This document shows, piece after piece, positions 47,995-57,504 of a stretch of DNA of 64,000 bases. The notes below the pieces were generated by a model. That model was not told where the DNA came from. It worked only from the letters and a program-made list of their open reading frames with translations, and did not search any database. Each line of letters starts with the position of its first letter. Positions within the stretch are counted from its first letter, which is position 1. The stretch lies in IMG/VR virus record IMGVR_UViG_3300043424_000354, positions 44,632 through 108,631 of that record, one strand, 5' to 3'. The stretch is from a virus. A program made the position numbers and the translations under genes.

Positions 47995-50008
47995 CAGGAG
48001 GTTCTCCCTCCATGCGCTCAAGCATCATATCGTAATAATTAACTAACTCACCTTGCCAGCACTTCTTTAAGTCGCTGGCAAATTGTTTAGCAACTTCCCA
48101 TTTACCTGCACGATATAAAGTCAAGAACTTCTCGTGTTGAGTTTGTCCTAGATGATCAAAGTTTTCTAGAACAGTATAGATTCTAGCAGGTTCAGTCTTA
48201 CCCTTGACTGCGATAAGATCAAGTTCGACTACTTGGTATGTATCCAGAACCTGCTCAGCAGTCTCGGGTCCAATGACGATTTTAACGCCGTAAGGTTTGC
48301 TTTGACCTTCGAGACGAGAGGCAAGATTAACCCCATCACCAAGGCAAGTATAATCAAAACGCTGATCGCTGCCCATATTGCCAACAACCACAGTGGCAGT
48401 GTTAATGCCAAGACCCATTCCAAAGGGTGGGGTTCCTTCTGCCACGACTTCTGCATTAAACTTCTCCAAATCTTTAAGCATCTGGAAAGCAGTTCTTACT
48501 GAATCCAAAGCATGTTGTGGGTTATCAACGGGAGCATTCCAGAATGCCATCTGAGCATCCCCGATATACTTATCTAGCGTTCCCTTGTTCTCTAGAATCG
48601 CTCGAGTCATTACTGTCATATAACGATTCATGATTGAAGTAAGACCTTCTACATCTTCACCGTAGTGTTCCGAAATAGCAGTAAATCCACGAACGTCGGT
48701 GAACATAATTGACAGTTGTTGTTTTGTTCCACCCAACTTGAGCAACTCTGGTTGTTTCTGTAGTTGAGCGACAAGATCTGGTGACAGATAAGTTCCGAAC
48801 TGCTTCTTAATTTGCTGCTTCTGTAGATATTCACTTATGAATTTGGCAGTGTAGATATGGATATAGATTAGCGCGATCGCGAAAACGTTAAACGTCACAT
48901 CGAGAAGAATACCCTTACTCGCGAATAGATATACTGGTAGATAGAAATATCCACCGAGTAAAACAGCAATATAAATTATAGAGAAACGAAATCTCGAGAG
49001 AATGATCAATGCAAGAGCAAGACCCAGAAAAGCAGCAAGATCTGCAAGTTGACCCCACACAGGAATCGAAACAGAGTCTCCATTTATCAGAGTTTCAAGA
49101 ATACTCGCCTGAAGGAAGTGGGGATGTTGCGCACCTGATGGAGTCGCTACAGGATTCGAAATACCAGCAGCAGTTACGCCAACAATCACAATTTTACCAT
49201 TCAGGTCAGGTAAAGGATCCTCTCCAATTTCGACTGACGAAAATTGGTAATTCGGATTAACAAACACGCGACCGTATTCATCGGTCTTTATAGTATCAAA
49301 TTGAGGAACACGTAATGCTTCAACACCAGTCTGATTTATCTTCGCTTGATACGAAGAGTCTCCTGCAGCTACACGCAGCATCTCTATCGCAAATGCAGGA
49401 TAGTATTCGCCATTTGATTGAGATAGAAGAGGAACTCGCCTCACAACCCCATCAGTCTCGGGTAGAGTCGACGTTATTCCTACACCGACAGCTGCTTCTT
49501 GCAGAACTGGAATATTACTTAGAACGCATGGGTATTGAGGAAGAAATTCGTTCGGTTGTCCGTCGCCGACGACAGCAACGCCAGTCCGAGCAATATTCTG
49601 GACTCCCTTACATGAATCAGTTGTTGTCTGACTCAGGACTACTGGATACTGCGTCAGAGTAGTCGCAAGAACTCCGTCAGTCCCCATCCGATCAGACTCA
49701 GGCATAAGTATAGTGCTACCAACAAGAGAAGCCCCTCTACCATAAATGTCACCAATAATTTTAGCATGGACCTCGCGTGGAAACGGCCACTGACCATATT
49801 TCTCAATTGCTTTCTCCCCGATATTGACAGTAACGATTTGTTCCGAATGCTGTGGCGAACCAAGCATTAAATAATCATAAAACTTCAGTCTGGTTGATTC
49901 AACCAGATAAGGATCAGCAAGTTTTACCGTAAGCAAAATACTAAAAGTAAATAACGCCAACCATGGCGAGAGTAGAACTTTTTTAGTTTTTTGTATAAGA
50001 GTATCCAT
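47957..50008 (-). CDS. CHASE2-domain class III adenylate cyclase (membrane-bound)
   Basis: GQWPFPR, DGVVRRVPL (CHASE2); three TM helices; MFTDVRGFT, LDKYIGDA, DYTCLGDGVNLASRLEG. Confidence 0.93.
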   Translation of the reverse strand: MDTLIQKTKKVLLSPWLALFTFSILLTVKLADPYLVESTRLKFYDYLMLGSPQHSEQIVTVNIGEKAIEKYGQWPFPREVHAKIIGDIYGRGASLVGSTILMPESDRMGTDGVLATTLTQYPVVLSQTTTDSCKGVQNIARTGVAVVGDGQPNEFLPQYPCVLSNIPVLQEAAVGVGITSTLPETDGVVRRVPLLSQSNGEYYPAFAIEMLRVAAGDSSYQAKINQTGVEALRVPQFDTIKTDEYGRVFVNPNYQFSSVEIGEDPLPDLNGKIVIVGVTAAGISNPVATPSGAQHPHFLQASILETLINGDSVSIPVWGQLADLAAFLGLALALIILSRFRFSIIYIAVLLGGYFYLPVYLFASKGILLDVTFNVFAIALIYIHIYTAKFISEYLQKQQIKKQFGTYLSPDLVAQLQKQPELLKLGGTKQQLSIMFTDVRGFTAISEHYGEDVEGLTSIMNRYMTVMTRAILENKGTLDKYIGDAQMAFWNAPVDNPQHALDSVRTAFQMLKDLEKFNAEVVAEGTPPFGMGLGINTATVVVGNMGSDQRFDYTCLGDGVNLASRLEGQSKPYGVKIVIGPETAEQVLDTYQVVELDLIAVKGKTEPARIYTVLENFDHLGQTQHEKFLTLYRAGKWEVAKQFASDLKKCWQGELVNYYDMMLERMEGEPPANFDGIYRATSK

Positions 50009-51437
50009 TACATGGTCCAGTCGTGCATGTTATTTCCATTTTCGCAGAGTCAGCGGCAGTCAAATTATTTTGCGAGACAGTCACACCAATTCCTGGATTA
50101 TTTAGTAAAAGTTGAAATTGCTTAGTAGAAGAACCAAGTTGAGTTACAGACGCAGTAACTCCACCGAATGGGGCATTGATTTCTAAGAAGTGATTTCCTA
50201 TACCTTCTTGTAAAGCACTGATATTATTAGAGTTTCCTAAAGCATTGATAAACAACGATTTTCCGTTTGCATCTTTTTGTTGTGCAGAGATTTGATTACC
50301 AATACCATTAGTAATAATTTCAGCATATTTACTTCCGTGATGTTGCGTCAGCGATACTACATTGTTATCACCAGATACAGAAACTTCAGCCAAGTTTTTA
50401 CCAATCGCTGTTGCCGCTGTTCCTTGATTAATAGTAATGCTGTTACCGCTACCATTGATAGTCATTGCTTGTGCGCCATTCACTCCGCGAACTTGATTCT
50501 GCTTAGAGAACTGTTCGATGTAAACCGAATTGTTAGAACCTGTTGCTGTAATGTAGATAGAGTTTTGCGTGACTGCGTTGGTTTGATTAATCTTCAATGA
50601 TTGTGCATTAGATATCGCAGCGGCAGGATATGTCGGAGCAGAAGGTTCTGGCGCAGGCGCTGGTGGAGCAGAAGATCCAGCATTCGGAGCAACTGGTGTG
50701 AACGTTGTTCCGTTCAATGATGTAGTTCCCTGCATCTGATCAATGAATAGAATTGGTGACAATGCAGTATCACCGAGGTTGAACGAGGCAAATCCAAGAA
50801 GATAATTGCCATCTGTTGGAACAGTAAACACTGCGACCTGCCAACCAGTGGCACCATAAGATCCTACTGAATAGTTACCTGTGCCTTGGTTTGTGAACCC
50901 TAGAAGCGCATAGTCTTGCGTCTGCCCATTGATAGTTGCAGTTCCAGGTCCACCAGTAACAGTGATCAGAGAACCATCGTTATATGGAACATAGTCAGTT
51001 GAAAGATATTGCCAAGCATAGGTGTATGTAACACCTGCCTGTAGAAAGACTGTTCTACTAATCGAAGTCGCATTAGTTGGATACATGTTACCATTAGAAT
51101 AAATTGTATTTCTAATTGCCGTGATGGCAGAACTTTGTAGACCGAGTGTTGTCATCGCAGCATTAAACTGGGGAGAACTACCACCTGCTTGTAGAGAAAC
51201 CATGTATGAACCGTAAGGTGTGATAGTCCAACACTTACCGCCACCAGGACAATAGTTTTGCACACCAGTAGTTACTTGAACACCAGAACCATCGGAACTC
51301 CAGTTTGTTTTTAGCGCAGTAGAACCATTACTTGCTGTCCACCCAGCATAGTCGCCGTTCTCAAACCCGTAGTTCGTTACTTGTGCGAATGTTGGCATCG
51401 CAAAGAACAGTAGAAATAGAGTGATTAGTTTTTTCAT
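49983..51437 (-). CDS. Secreted protein: N-terminal beta-rich passenger domain, Pro linker, C-terminal curlin-like repeats
   Basis: Signal peptide; NYGFENG..GW; PPAPAPEP; repeats such as NSVYIEQ, NSITINQG, NNISALQEG. Confidence 0.7.
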   Translation of the reverse strand: MKKLITLFLLFFAMPTFAQVTNYGFENGDYAGWTASNGSTALKTNWSSDGSGVQVTTGVQNYCPGGGKCWTITPYGSYMVSLQAGGSSPQFNAAMTTLGLQSSAITAIRNTIYSNGNMYPTNATSISRTVFLQAGVTYTYAWQYLSTDYVPYNDGSLITVTGGPGTATINGQTQDYALLGFTNQGTGNYSVGSYGATGWQVAVFTVPTDGNYLLGFASFNLGDTALSPILFIDQMQGTTSLNGTTFTPVAPNAGSSAPPAPAPEPSAPTYPAAAISNAQSLKINQTNAVTQNSIYITATGSNNSVYIEQFSKQNQVRGVNGAQAMTINGSGNSITINQGTAATAIGKNLAEVSVSGDNNVVSLTQHHGSKYAEIITNGIGNQISAQQKDANGKSLFINALGNSNNISALQEGIGNHFLEINAPFGGVTASVTQLGSSTKQFQLLLNNPGIGVTVSQNNLTAADSAKMEITCTTGPCNGYSYTKN

Positions 51438-52579
51438 CTTGCACCTGTTTCTTGCATTACGGTGATATTACCTTGTGGTCTACCAGTTCCCGATGTTGTC
51501 CACTTATCGTCCATAAAGTTGTAAACATCTACTAATCCATTTTGAACAGATACGACTTGCGCTTCCGTTCCTTTTTCTAACCAGACAGTAATTGCTTGTT
51601 GTTTGTCATCTGACAATCTTGTATATACCCAACCGACTTGAACGTTCTTCTTGAATGTCGGTGACACATTAGTATAAACTGTTTCCGCTGGTTTACTTCC
51701 TTCATTAAACTCGGCGTAAACTTCTAGAAGTTCTTGTGGCGTTGCTTGACGAATCATAGCAACTGTAACTTGTTCTGTATTATCATTCGTGCCTGCATCT
51801 GGGTCTTTGTTATCATCTGATGCTGCCTTTGCTGGATTAGTAAATTTCTTTAAACTATCTCTAGCAAGTTGCAGGAGACTTTGTCCATCATCTGTTTCCA
51901 ACGGAACAATCTGAACGTTATTATCTAACGCCTTCATCAAAGGATTAATAATTACTGGTGGAGCAGGAGGAGCAAAGTTGTTTTCAACAACTGTTGCTTG
52001 GAATGGTTGAGTTAATGTGACTACGCCAGATGCTGTAATAACATCAATCATACCATTCGGACATTCTGCGGTCTGTTTAGTAATGTCTAATTCGTTATAG
52101 CATTCGGGAACAAGCACGACCGTAGAACGACCTGCTTCATCAACCGACATAACGAAGTCTGTGCCGCGAACTGCGATAGTGGCAGTTGGTGTGCGAATGT
52201 TTACACCTCGTGGGTTTGTTTTTGCGACTTTACCTGATGCGTATCTGACGGTACCAAGTGCGACCCGAAGTCCAAGTTTGCCCTTCGTCTTCCCTCCCCC
52301 ATCATAGACAAAGTCATCCACAAGAAGTCGAGAGTTTTCCGTAATGTTAACAGTAGTCGAGTCATTGAATGTAATCCTAAATCTGCCTTGACTGTTTGTA
52401 GAAACAGTATCCATTTTCTCAACGCCAGCACCTTTAGATGCTGGTGTAGTCTTGGCGCCACGCTTAATAGCACCACCGCCTCTGAAATCTGTTATCGACC
52501 CAATACCCGCAAAGGCAGGAGTCGATAACAGAAAAATCAGTAGAAGATTAGTGACCAGTCTTGATATTAAAGACACCAT
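51434..52579 (-). CDS. FecR-domain periplasmic protein
   Basis: Signal peptide ending PAFA; ITFNDST.V.ITENS, GTVRYASG, IRTPTATIAVRGTDF. Confidence 0.85.
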   Translation of the reverse strand: MVSLISRLVTNLLLIFLLSTPAFAGIGSITDFRGGGAIKRGAKTTPASKGAGVEKMDTVSTNSQGRFRITFNDSTTVNITENSRLLVDDFVYDGGGKTKGKLGLRVALGTVRYASGKVAKTNPRGVNIRTPTATIAVRGTDFVMSVDEAGRSTVVLVPECYNELDITKQTAECPNGMIDVITASGVVTLTQPFQATVVENNFAPPAPPVIINPLMKALDNNVQIVPLETDDGQSLLQLARDSLKKFTNPAKAASDDNKDPDAGTNDNTEQVTVAMIRQATPQELLEVYAEFNEGSKPAETVYTNVSPTFKKNVQVGWVYTRLSDDKQQAITVWLEKGTEAQVVSVQNGLVDVYNFMDDKWTTSGTGRPQGNITVMQETGAR

Positions 52580-53321
52580 TTGATCCCACGCTGTTAATAT
52601 TGATCACAGTTTCAGAAACACCATATTGTTGTGTTGTTACAGTGTTGAGTGAACCTGTCAGATTAACATAAAGCGAGTGACCGAATGTTCCACCAGTACC
52701 AGTTTGCGTAACATCAAAGTCATTATAGTTACCTGTCACCAGAATAGTTTGTGACGCATTTGGCGATAGTGCATCCATATTGATTGTGTTATTGTTACCA
52801 CTGAAGTCCATCGAGTTACGGATATTAGCACCCGAACCGTGGAAAACAAACGAGTTGTTGTTACCAGTGAATCTTGCATTCATATCAAGTTGATTACATG
52901 ACGAATCTGTTTGTAATGTTCCGCAACGGATATCTGCTGTATTCAGATCGCCGATTTGACGAATAGTCACATCTGCTATTCCATTGGATCCCGTGTCGGA
53001 TACGATACCCATGTAGAGGGAGTTTCCGTTACCTGTTTGAGTGACGATGACACTTTGGTTATCACCACGTAGGTAAATAGGATCAACGGAAGAACCAATA
53101 ATATTGGCAGTACCAGTTTGAACAATGTTAACATCTACGTTTCCACCTTCTTGATCAATGTATACTTTATTTGTTGTTGCAACAGCATTCGCATCTGTTT
53201 CATTAGGCGAAGTTGTTACGATTGCTGGAGGAGTTGGTGCTGTTGGTAGCACAGTTTGTGCGATCGCAGATGTTCCATAACAAAGAGCAGCGCCAACTAA
53301 TAAAAACTTACTTAGTTTCAT
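52548..53321 (-). CDS. Curlin-like (CsgA/CsgB-like) secreted repeat protein
   Basis: Signal peptide; NKVYIDQ.G, IVQTGTAN, VTQTGNGN, IRQIGDLN, VTQTG, TQQYG repeats; true ATG at 53321. Confidence 0.75.
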   Translation of the reverse strand: MKLSKFLLVGAALCYGTSAIAQTVLPTAPTPPAIVTTSPNETDANAVATTNKVYIDQEGGNVDVNIVQTGTANIIGSSVDPIYLRGDNQSVIVTQTGNGNSLYMGIVSDTGSNGIADVTIRQIGDLNTADIRCGTLQTDSSCNQLDMNARFTGNNNSFVFHGSGANIRNSMDFSGNNNTINMDALSPNASQTILVTGNYNDFDVTQTGTGGTFGHSLYVNLTGSLNTVTTQQYGVSETVININSVGSNGVFNIKTGH

Positions 53322-54132
53322 TTGTTGTTTCCTTTTGTTTGAATCTCCATAGATTTTTGGTCTCACCATCCTTGATCAACTCAACAACGGCCGTTTCTAT
53401 GGCAGAACGGATCGCATAACTACCTGCTTCATTACTTGTTTGTTGTCCATCAAATTCAAACGCTTTAGTCGCCATGTCGAAGAATTTAAAAGCAGTAACA
53501 CCTTCAGATGTAGAAAGAACAGTCTTTTCTACTGTAACCGAATTGAGAACTTCGCCAGTCTGGACAGAAACCAGACGAAGACTAATTGTTACCTGATCTT
53601 GGGTGTACTGCTGATATGGACCGATGCCAAGGAATCTAGCACCAGTACCACCAGTTTTAATGTTCGAGTTATAATCAATGATACCACCTTCTAAGATGAT
53701 ACCAGCAACCTTGAGTGGTGGCAGAGGTTCAGCACCCTCGCCAGAAAGTTGTTCGCGCATTTGGCGAACAAGTTGACGTTCTTTGATCAGCGAATCAATA
53801 CCTACACGTTCGACTGGTGTAAACCATTTTCCACCACCAGTATCCTGTAGCGTCTTGATCAAATATGCATCAGCACCTTGAGTTACCGCAGTCGAGAAAC
53901 TTGCAAGAGTTGAAGATGGTTTACGTTGACCAGTTCTATCGGTGAATGAATACAGCGCGATAGGAATTGGTTGACCATCCAACTCTGGTAGATTCTTGAA
54001 TAACTTTGGATTAGCAAAACGCTTTACTTCTGCATCTTCTCTCAGAAGATATGATTGGTTGGTTGCAGGATGAAGTGCACCAACACAACCTGTAGTTGCT
54101 AGAAGAAGCGGAAGAAGAATAAACTTTTTCAT
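53308..54132 (-). CDS. csgG: Curli secretion channel CsgG (lipoprotein)
   Basis: Lipobox ATTGC; FTDRTGQRKP...FSTAVTQG, WF.PVER, L.KERQ, LEGGIIDY, GGTGARFLGIG, LRLVSVQTGEV. Confidence 0.93.
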   Translation of the reverse strand: MKKFILLPLLLATTGCVGALHPATNQSYLLREDAEVKRFANPKLFKNLPELDGQPIPIALYSFTDRTGQRKPSSTLASFSTAVTQGADAYLIKTLQDTGGGKWFTPVERVGIDSLIKERQLVRQMREQLSGEGAEPLPPLKVAGIILEGGIIDYNSNIKTGGTGARFLGIGPYQQYTQDQVTISLRLVSVQTGEVLNSVTVEKTVLSTSEGVTAFKFFDMATKAFEFDGQQTSNEAGSYAIRSAIETAVVELIKDGETKNLWRFKQKETTNETK

Positions 54133-54141
54133 GACTTCTCC

Positions 54142-54591
54142 TTAAAATGCAAATGTAGCAATAGGAACGACAACAACCGTAGTATTGCCATTCTTATCGA
54201 CCACTGTTAGTTTAACTTCTGTTCCAGTCTTGACATAACTCACCGAATTACCATCAAGATTGAATGTTCCAGCATTTGCTGTTCCGCCCTCGGCAAACAG
54301 ATTATTGGAAAGTTGCGTAGCAAGTTGGGCATAAACCTGTGAAGTAAACAGCGCCATGAATTTTGCAAGAGGAGTATTTGCTGCTTCCGCTTTTGCGAGT
54401 GCTGCCTTTGCTGCCTCGGCGTCCTTAATTGCTTGTTCGCGCGAACGTTCTTGCGCATCAATCGACTGAACGTGCGAAGACCACCCATAACCTGTAAAGG
54501 AAGGCGACTTAAACTGTTGTACTATTGGGTCTGCGTATACTGGACTACTTAGACTTAGTAGCGTCAGGAGCACCATCGCTCGTTTTAGCAT
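54142..54591 (-). CDS. csgF: Curli assembly protein CsgF-like
   Basis: Signal peptide then QFKSPSF.G; F...SQVYAQLA.QL..NLF; adjacent to csgG. Confidence 0.82.
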   Translation of the reverse strand: MLKRAMVLLTLLSLSSPVYADPIVQQFKSPSFTGYGWSSHVQSIDAQERSREQAIKDAEAAKAALAKAEAANTPLAKFMALFTSQVYAQLATQLSNNLFAEGGTANAGTFNLDGNSVSYVKTGTEVKLTVVDKNGNTTVVVVPIATFAF

Positions 54592-54682
54592 CTTTCTCTT
54601 CCTTTTTGTTTTTGTTGTCAGAAGAAAAATTTAAGTCAAAAGTAAATACTTTGAGGATCTCAATCTTTAGGTTTAATGTCAT
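54545..54682 (-). CDS. Possible 45-aa protein bridging the membrane-protein genes and csgF
   Basis: GAGGA SD; MTLNLKIEILKVFTFDLNFSS...; overlaps both neighbours. Confidence 0.35.
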   Translation of the reverse strand: MTLNLKIEILKVFTFDLNFSSDNKNKKEEKDAKTSDGAPDATKSK

Positions 54683-54926
54683 TGCTATGATCCTCTTTGA
54701 TTTGTAATACTACGCTCACCTTCTGGTTTAATCTAATTAAATCGTTATCTAGCATACGAATGCGGTCAATTAGCGCGATTAGAATTACATTCGTCTCACC
54801 AATCAACGGCATCAATTTATCAGTAACAAACTTATAGATGAACCAAACAAAGTAACCCATGCCGACAGCGGCAACGATAGGGAACCCGTATTGTTTAACT
54901 AGTTCTGCAATTACGGTAGGATCCAT
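54660..54926 (-). CDS. Small single-TM plus coiled-coil membrane protein (holin/YvrJ-like)
   Basis: YGFPIVAAVGMGYFVWF, LIDRIRMLDND. Confidence 0.7.
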   Translation of the reverse strand: MDPTVIAELVKQYGFPIVAAVGMGYFVWFIYKFVTDKLMPLIGETNVILIALIDRIRMLDNDLIRLNQKVSVVLQIKEDHSNDIKPKD

Positions 54927-55213
54927 TAATCCCTCCGTGCGTCATTCTTCCCGTCTGCTCTTGCTATTCTATCCAAGTCTGGTTTAAGACCTAGTGCGGA
55001 ACTAACAACTGCATCAACGCGAATAATATCATGGTTCATCGTTTTCACTCGGTTGTCTAACCCCATGATAATACCCTGCATCCCCTTGATCGCCTTAACA
55101 ACGCTCTCGAGAATGTAGTTGATAACAAAGTATACGAAGACACCCGCGAGTAATGCACCCGCGATAGGAAAACCTACGTCTCCGATTAATTTGAATATAA
55201 CGTCGTATGTCAT
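54926..55213 (-). CDS. Small single-TM plus coiled-coil membrane protein, paralog of 54660..54926
   Basis: VGFPIAGALLAGVFVYF, LDNRVKTMNHD. Confidence 0.7.
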   Translation of the reverse strand: MTYDVIFKLIGDVGFPIAGALLAGVFVYFVINYILESVVKAIKGMQGIIMGLDNRVKTMNHDIIRVDAVVSSALGLKPDLDRIARADGKNDARRD

Positions 55214-55218
55214 ACGAC

Positions 55219-55226
55219 TATTTATA
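55219..55226 (-). promoter_or_regulatory. T4-type late promoter heading the curli/cyclase operon
   Basis: TATAAATA 5 nt before ATG 55213. Confidence 0.8.
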
Positions 55227-55230
55227 AGAA

Positions 55231-56346
55231 TTAACGTATAATGTCGATTTTATTAATGGAATCTTCGTTCCAGACTTCAAGTTCCCGACGCAATCTTCCT
55301 TCAGCGGACAAATTCTCGTATCTAGACGTTGCTTTTCGCTTCCACCAAGAAATAATGTTCTCTAAATTGTGTTTTTCATAATTTTCGCTGGGAATTAAAG
55401 TTTTTTCTTGCCCGAGAATGACTTCTTTAGAGTTTTTGAACCCGTAAGTTGAAATGTAAAACCGTTTTTGGGTTGTTACGTCCTTATTTGCCTTAATTGC
55501 GTCGCAAAATATTGAAAAATAAGGAGAATTATGCGCTTTTAGCGAATTTTTGATGACTGACATCATTTTATTTTGCATTTTCATCTTATACGAAGCAATT
55601 CCTTCCCTTCCGAAGAGAGGTTGTCCGTTATTTTTGCTTGCAAACCATTCCATGATCTCATTCCAGAAGTCATCGGAGAATGAAAGGAGAAAATTACTCA
55701 CTGTATCACCAGTATAACGAATAAAAGGTTTCAATCCATCGTATTGGGATGCTTGTTTAATGTTTCCATAGAGCGATGTCGTCTCAAAAAGGCAAATGTC
55801 GGTACCATACTTCTTATTGAACATTTCACGGAACTCATGCGAAGCGCAAATAAGCGAAAGAAGTTTGCCACCCAGATAATTAAACCCGAACGGTTGCGCT
55901 GGGACGATGATGAACCCCATGACTGCGTGCTTGTTAAAAGATCGTAGATCTGGAACACGACCAAACCAATCATTACGAGGTTTAGAATTAATGAATGGAG
56001 AGGCGACTCGACAAAATCCAACATACTTTCCTGTATTCTTTTCCCTTACGATGAACTTAATTTCCTTACCAAAGGAATTTTCGTTGCAAAATGATGATGT
56101 GATTTCCACCATGGTCGAGAATTCTGCAGGAGAAGGTTCGAAAATCTCAAAGTCCATATCCTGTGGGTGCATGTCGAAGTCGGAAAACAACATATGCTCT
56201 GGTTCGCAACCTGGAAGAGTCCCAGGAAGCGAACGTAAACGTTCAATTTTCTTCATACGCATGTGATCATCGATCCGACCATAGTTTGACATATAGTCAA
56301 CGAATCGATTAGCAATATATTCTGCGTCTTGGAGTTCTAATATCAT
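55231..56346 (-). CDS. DUF4338-family protein
   Basis: MGFIIVP.QPFGFNYLGGKLL.LIC.SH, FETTSLYG, SQYDGLKP. Confidence 0.75.
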   Translation of the reverse strand: MILELQDAEYIANRFVDYMSNYGRIDDHMRMKKIERLRSLPGTLPGCEPEHMLFSDFDMHPQDMDFEIFEPSPAEFSTMVEITSSFCNENSFGKEIKFIVREKNTGKYVGFCRVASPFINSKPRNDWFGRVPDLRSFNKHAVMGFIIVPAQPFGFNYLGGKLLSLICASHEFREMFNKKYGTDICLFETTSLYGNIKQASQYDGLKPFIRYTGDTVSNFLLSFSDDFWNEIMEWFASKNNGQPLFGREGIASYKMKMQNKMMSVIKNSLKAHNSPYFSIFCDAIKANKDVTTQKRFYISTYGFKNSKEVILGQEKTLIPSENYEKHNLENIISWWKRKATSRYENLSAEGRLRRELEVWNEDSINKIDIIR

Positions 56347-56352
56347 TAATGC

Positions 56353-56381
56353 ATCATACTATAGAATTGACGAAATGTCAA
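56353..56381 (-). promoter_or_regulatory. Sigma70-type promoter (leaderless start at 56346)
   Basis: TTGACA-N17-TATGAT-N6-ATG. Confidence 0.75.
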
Positions 56382-57478
56382 TGAAGATATTTAAAATCGC
56401 ACATCATTCTTGTGGGATAACCATCAGTTCCTTGAGTGTCTCTGATGTTCAGTTTGAATTCATATGTCGAACTTTTAACAACGATGTCAATACGTTTACC
56501 CATACCACCTTTACCGCCATAGTAAATTTCTTGCGATGTTGGCGATGCGGCAGTTCTCATATACTGCTCGTTTACTTCATAGGATTTAATTTTTCCTGGC
56601 ATCTTGTGAATAACATGATAGTTGTGTCCGATACCAGTTTCAAGAAGAGTCTTCAATCCTGTCTTATTAGGAATAACAACTTCTTTACTTCCCTGTTTCA
56701 TAGTTCCGTTAAAGATCTCACAGAATTTCTCCGGATCGATCTTAAATAATTCGAGCAATGCAAGACCGTCTTTGTTGGTAATAGTTCCTGACTGAATTTC
56801 GCTCTTCGTCAAGATTGTTTTGATACCGACATTAAAGAACGTAACAGTGCTTTCGAATTTCAAACTGAGATAAAGAGTCTTATCGATACCAAGTTTGTTT
56901 TTCCAGTTAACAGTTACGTCAGTTACAAGTTTGCCAACATCTGTTCCCGATCCATTAGGATTAGAAACTTTAATTCCATTTGTAAAAGTCAGTGGTCGTC
57001 TGTTATTGGCAGCACCCTCTGCGGCAACCTTGAAGTTGCTCGGATCGCCCTCACCAATTCCATATTTGGCATCGAGTCCTTCGATGGTCTCTAGAACTGT
57101 TCTTTCAATTCCGTCAATGTTACCTTCTCTCCACTTGATCAGAGAGTTGACGAATTCGTACTCAAAGGCATTACCTCTGTTCTGCGCACCACGGTTGCCC
57201 GATGATCCATCGCCGAATTTAATCTTAAACGGTTGCTGAACTTTTGCCTGCAACAGTATTTGAGATTCTGTCAGAGAACCTTTGATAGCACGAACGACAT
57301 TGATTGCGGTACCTTCACCTTTCGTTGTGTCGATATTGATCGGTGCTTCTATTGACGGATACTTAGACTTGAGATATTCGTAGACCTTAGAACAATTGTC
57401 CCTGTATTTCTGGGTCTTGTTCTTTAGTTTATCGTTTATTTCTTTTTTAGATTTAGGGAAAAAATCGTATGCCATCAA
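56378..57478 (-). CDS. Putative restriction-endonuclease-like PD-(D/E)XK nuclease
   Basis: NRGNAFE...TDVTV...YLSLK motif pattern. Confidence 0.55.
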   Translation of the reverse strand: MMAYDFFPKSKKEINDKLKNKTQKYRDNCSKVYEYLKSKYPSIEAPINIDTTKGEGTAINVVRAIKGSLTESQILLQAKVQQPFKIKFGDGSSGNRGAQNRGNAFEYEFVNSLIKWREGNIDGIERTVLETIEGLDAKYGIGEGDPSNFKVAAEGAANNRRPLTFTNGIKVSNPNGSGTDVGKLVTDVTVNWKNKLGIDKTLYLSLKFESTVTFFNVGIKTILTKSEIQSGTITNKDGLALLELFKIDPEKFCEIFNGTMKQGSKEVVIPNKTGLKTLLETGIGHNYHVIHKMPGKIKSYEVNEQYMRTAASPTSQEIYYGGKGGMGKRIDIVVKSSTYEFKLNIRDTQGTDGYPTRMMCDFKYLH

Positions 57479-57496
57479 TAGTCCTTCTTTAGGAAC

Positions 57497-57504
57497 TATT
57501 TATT
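57497..57504 (-). promoter_or_regulatory. Late promoter variant for the nuclease gene
   Basis: AATAAATA upstream of the AAGGA SD. Confidence 0.55.

Noticed and set aside
55231-56346. Druantia anti-phage system
   Set aside because: Only a lone DUF4338-like gene is present, with no DruE helicase or other partners.
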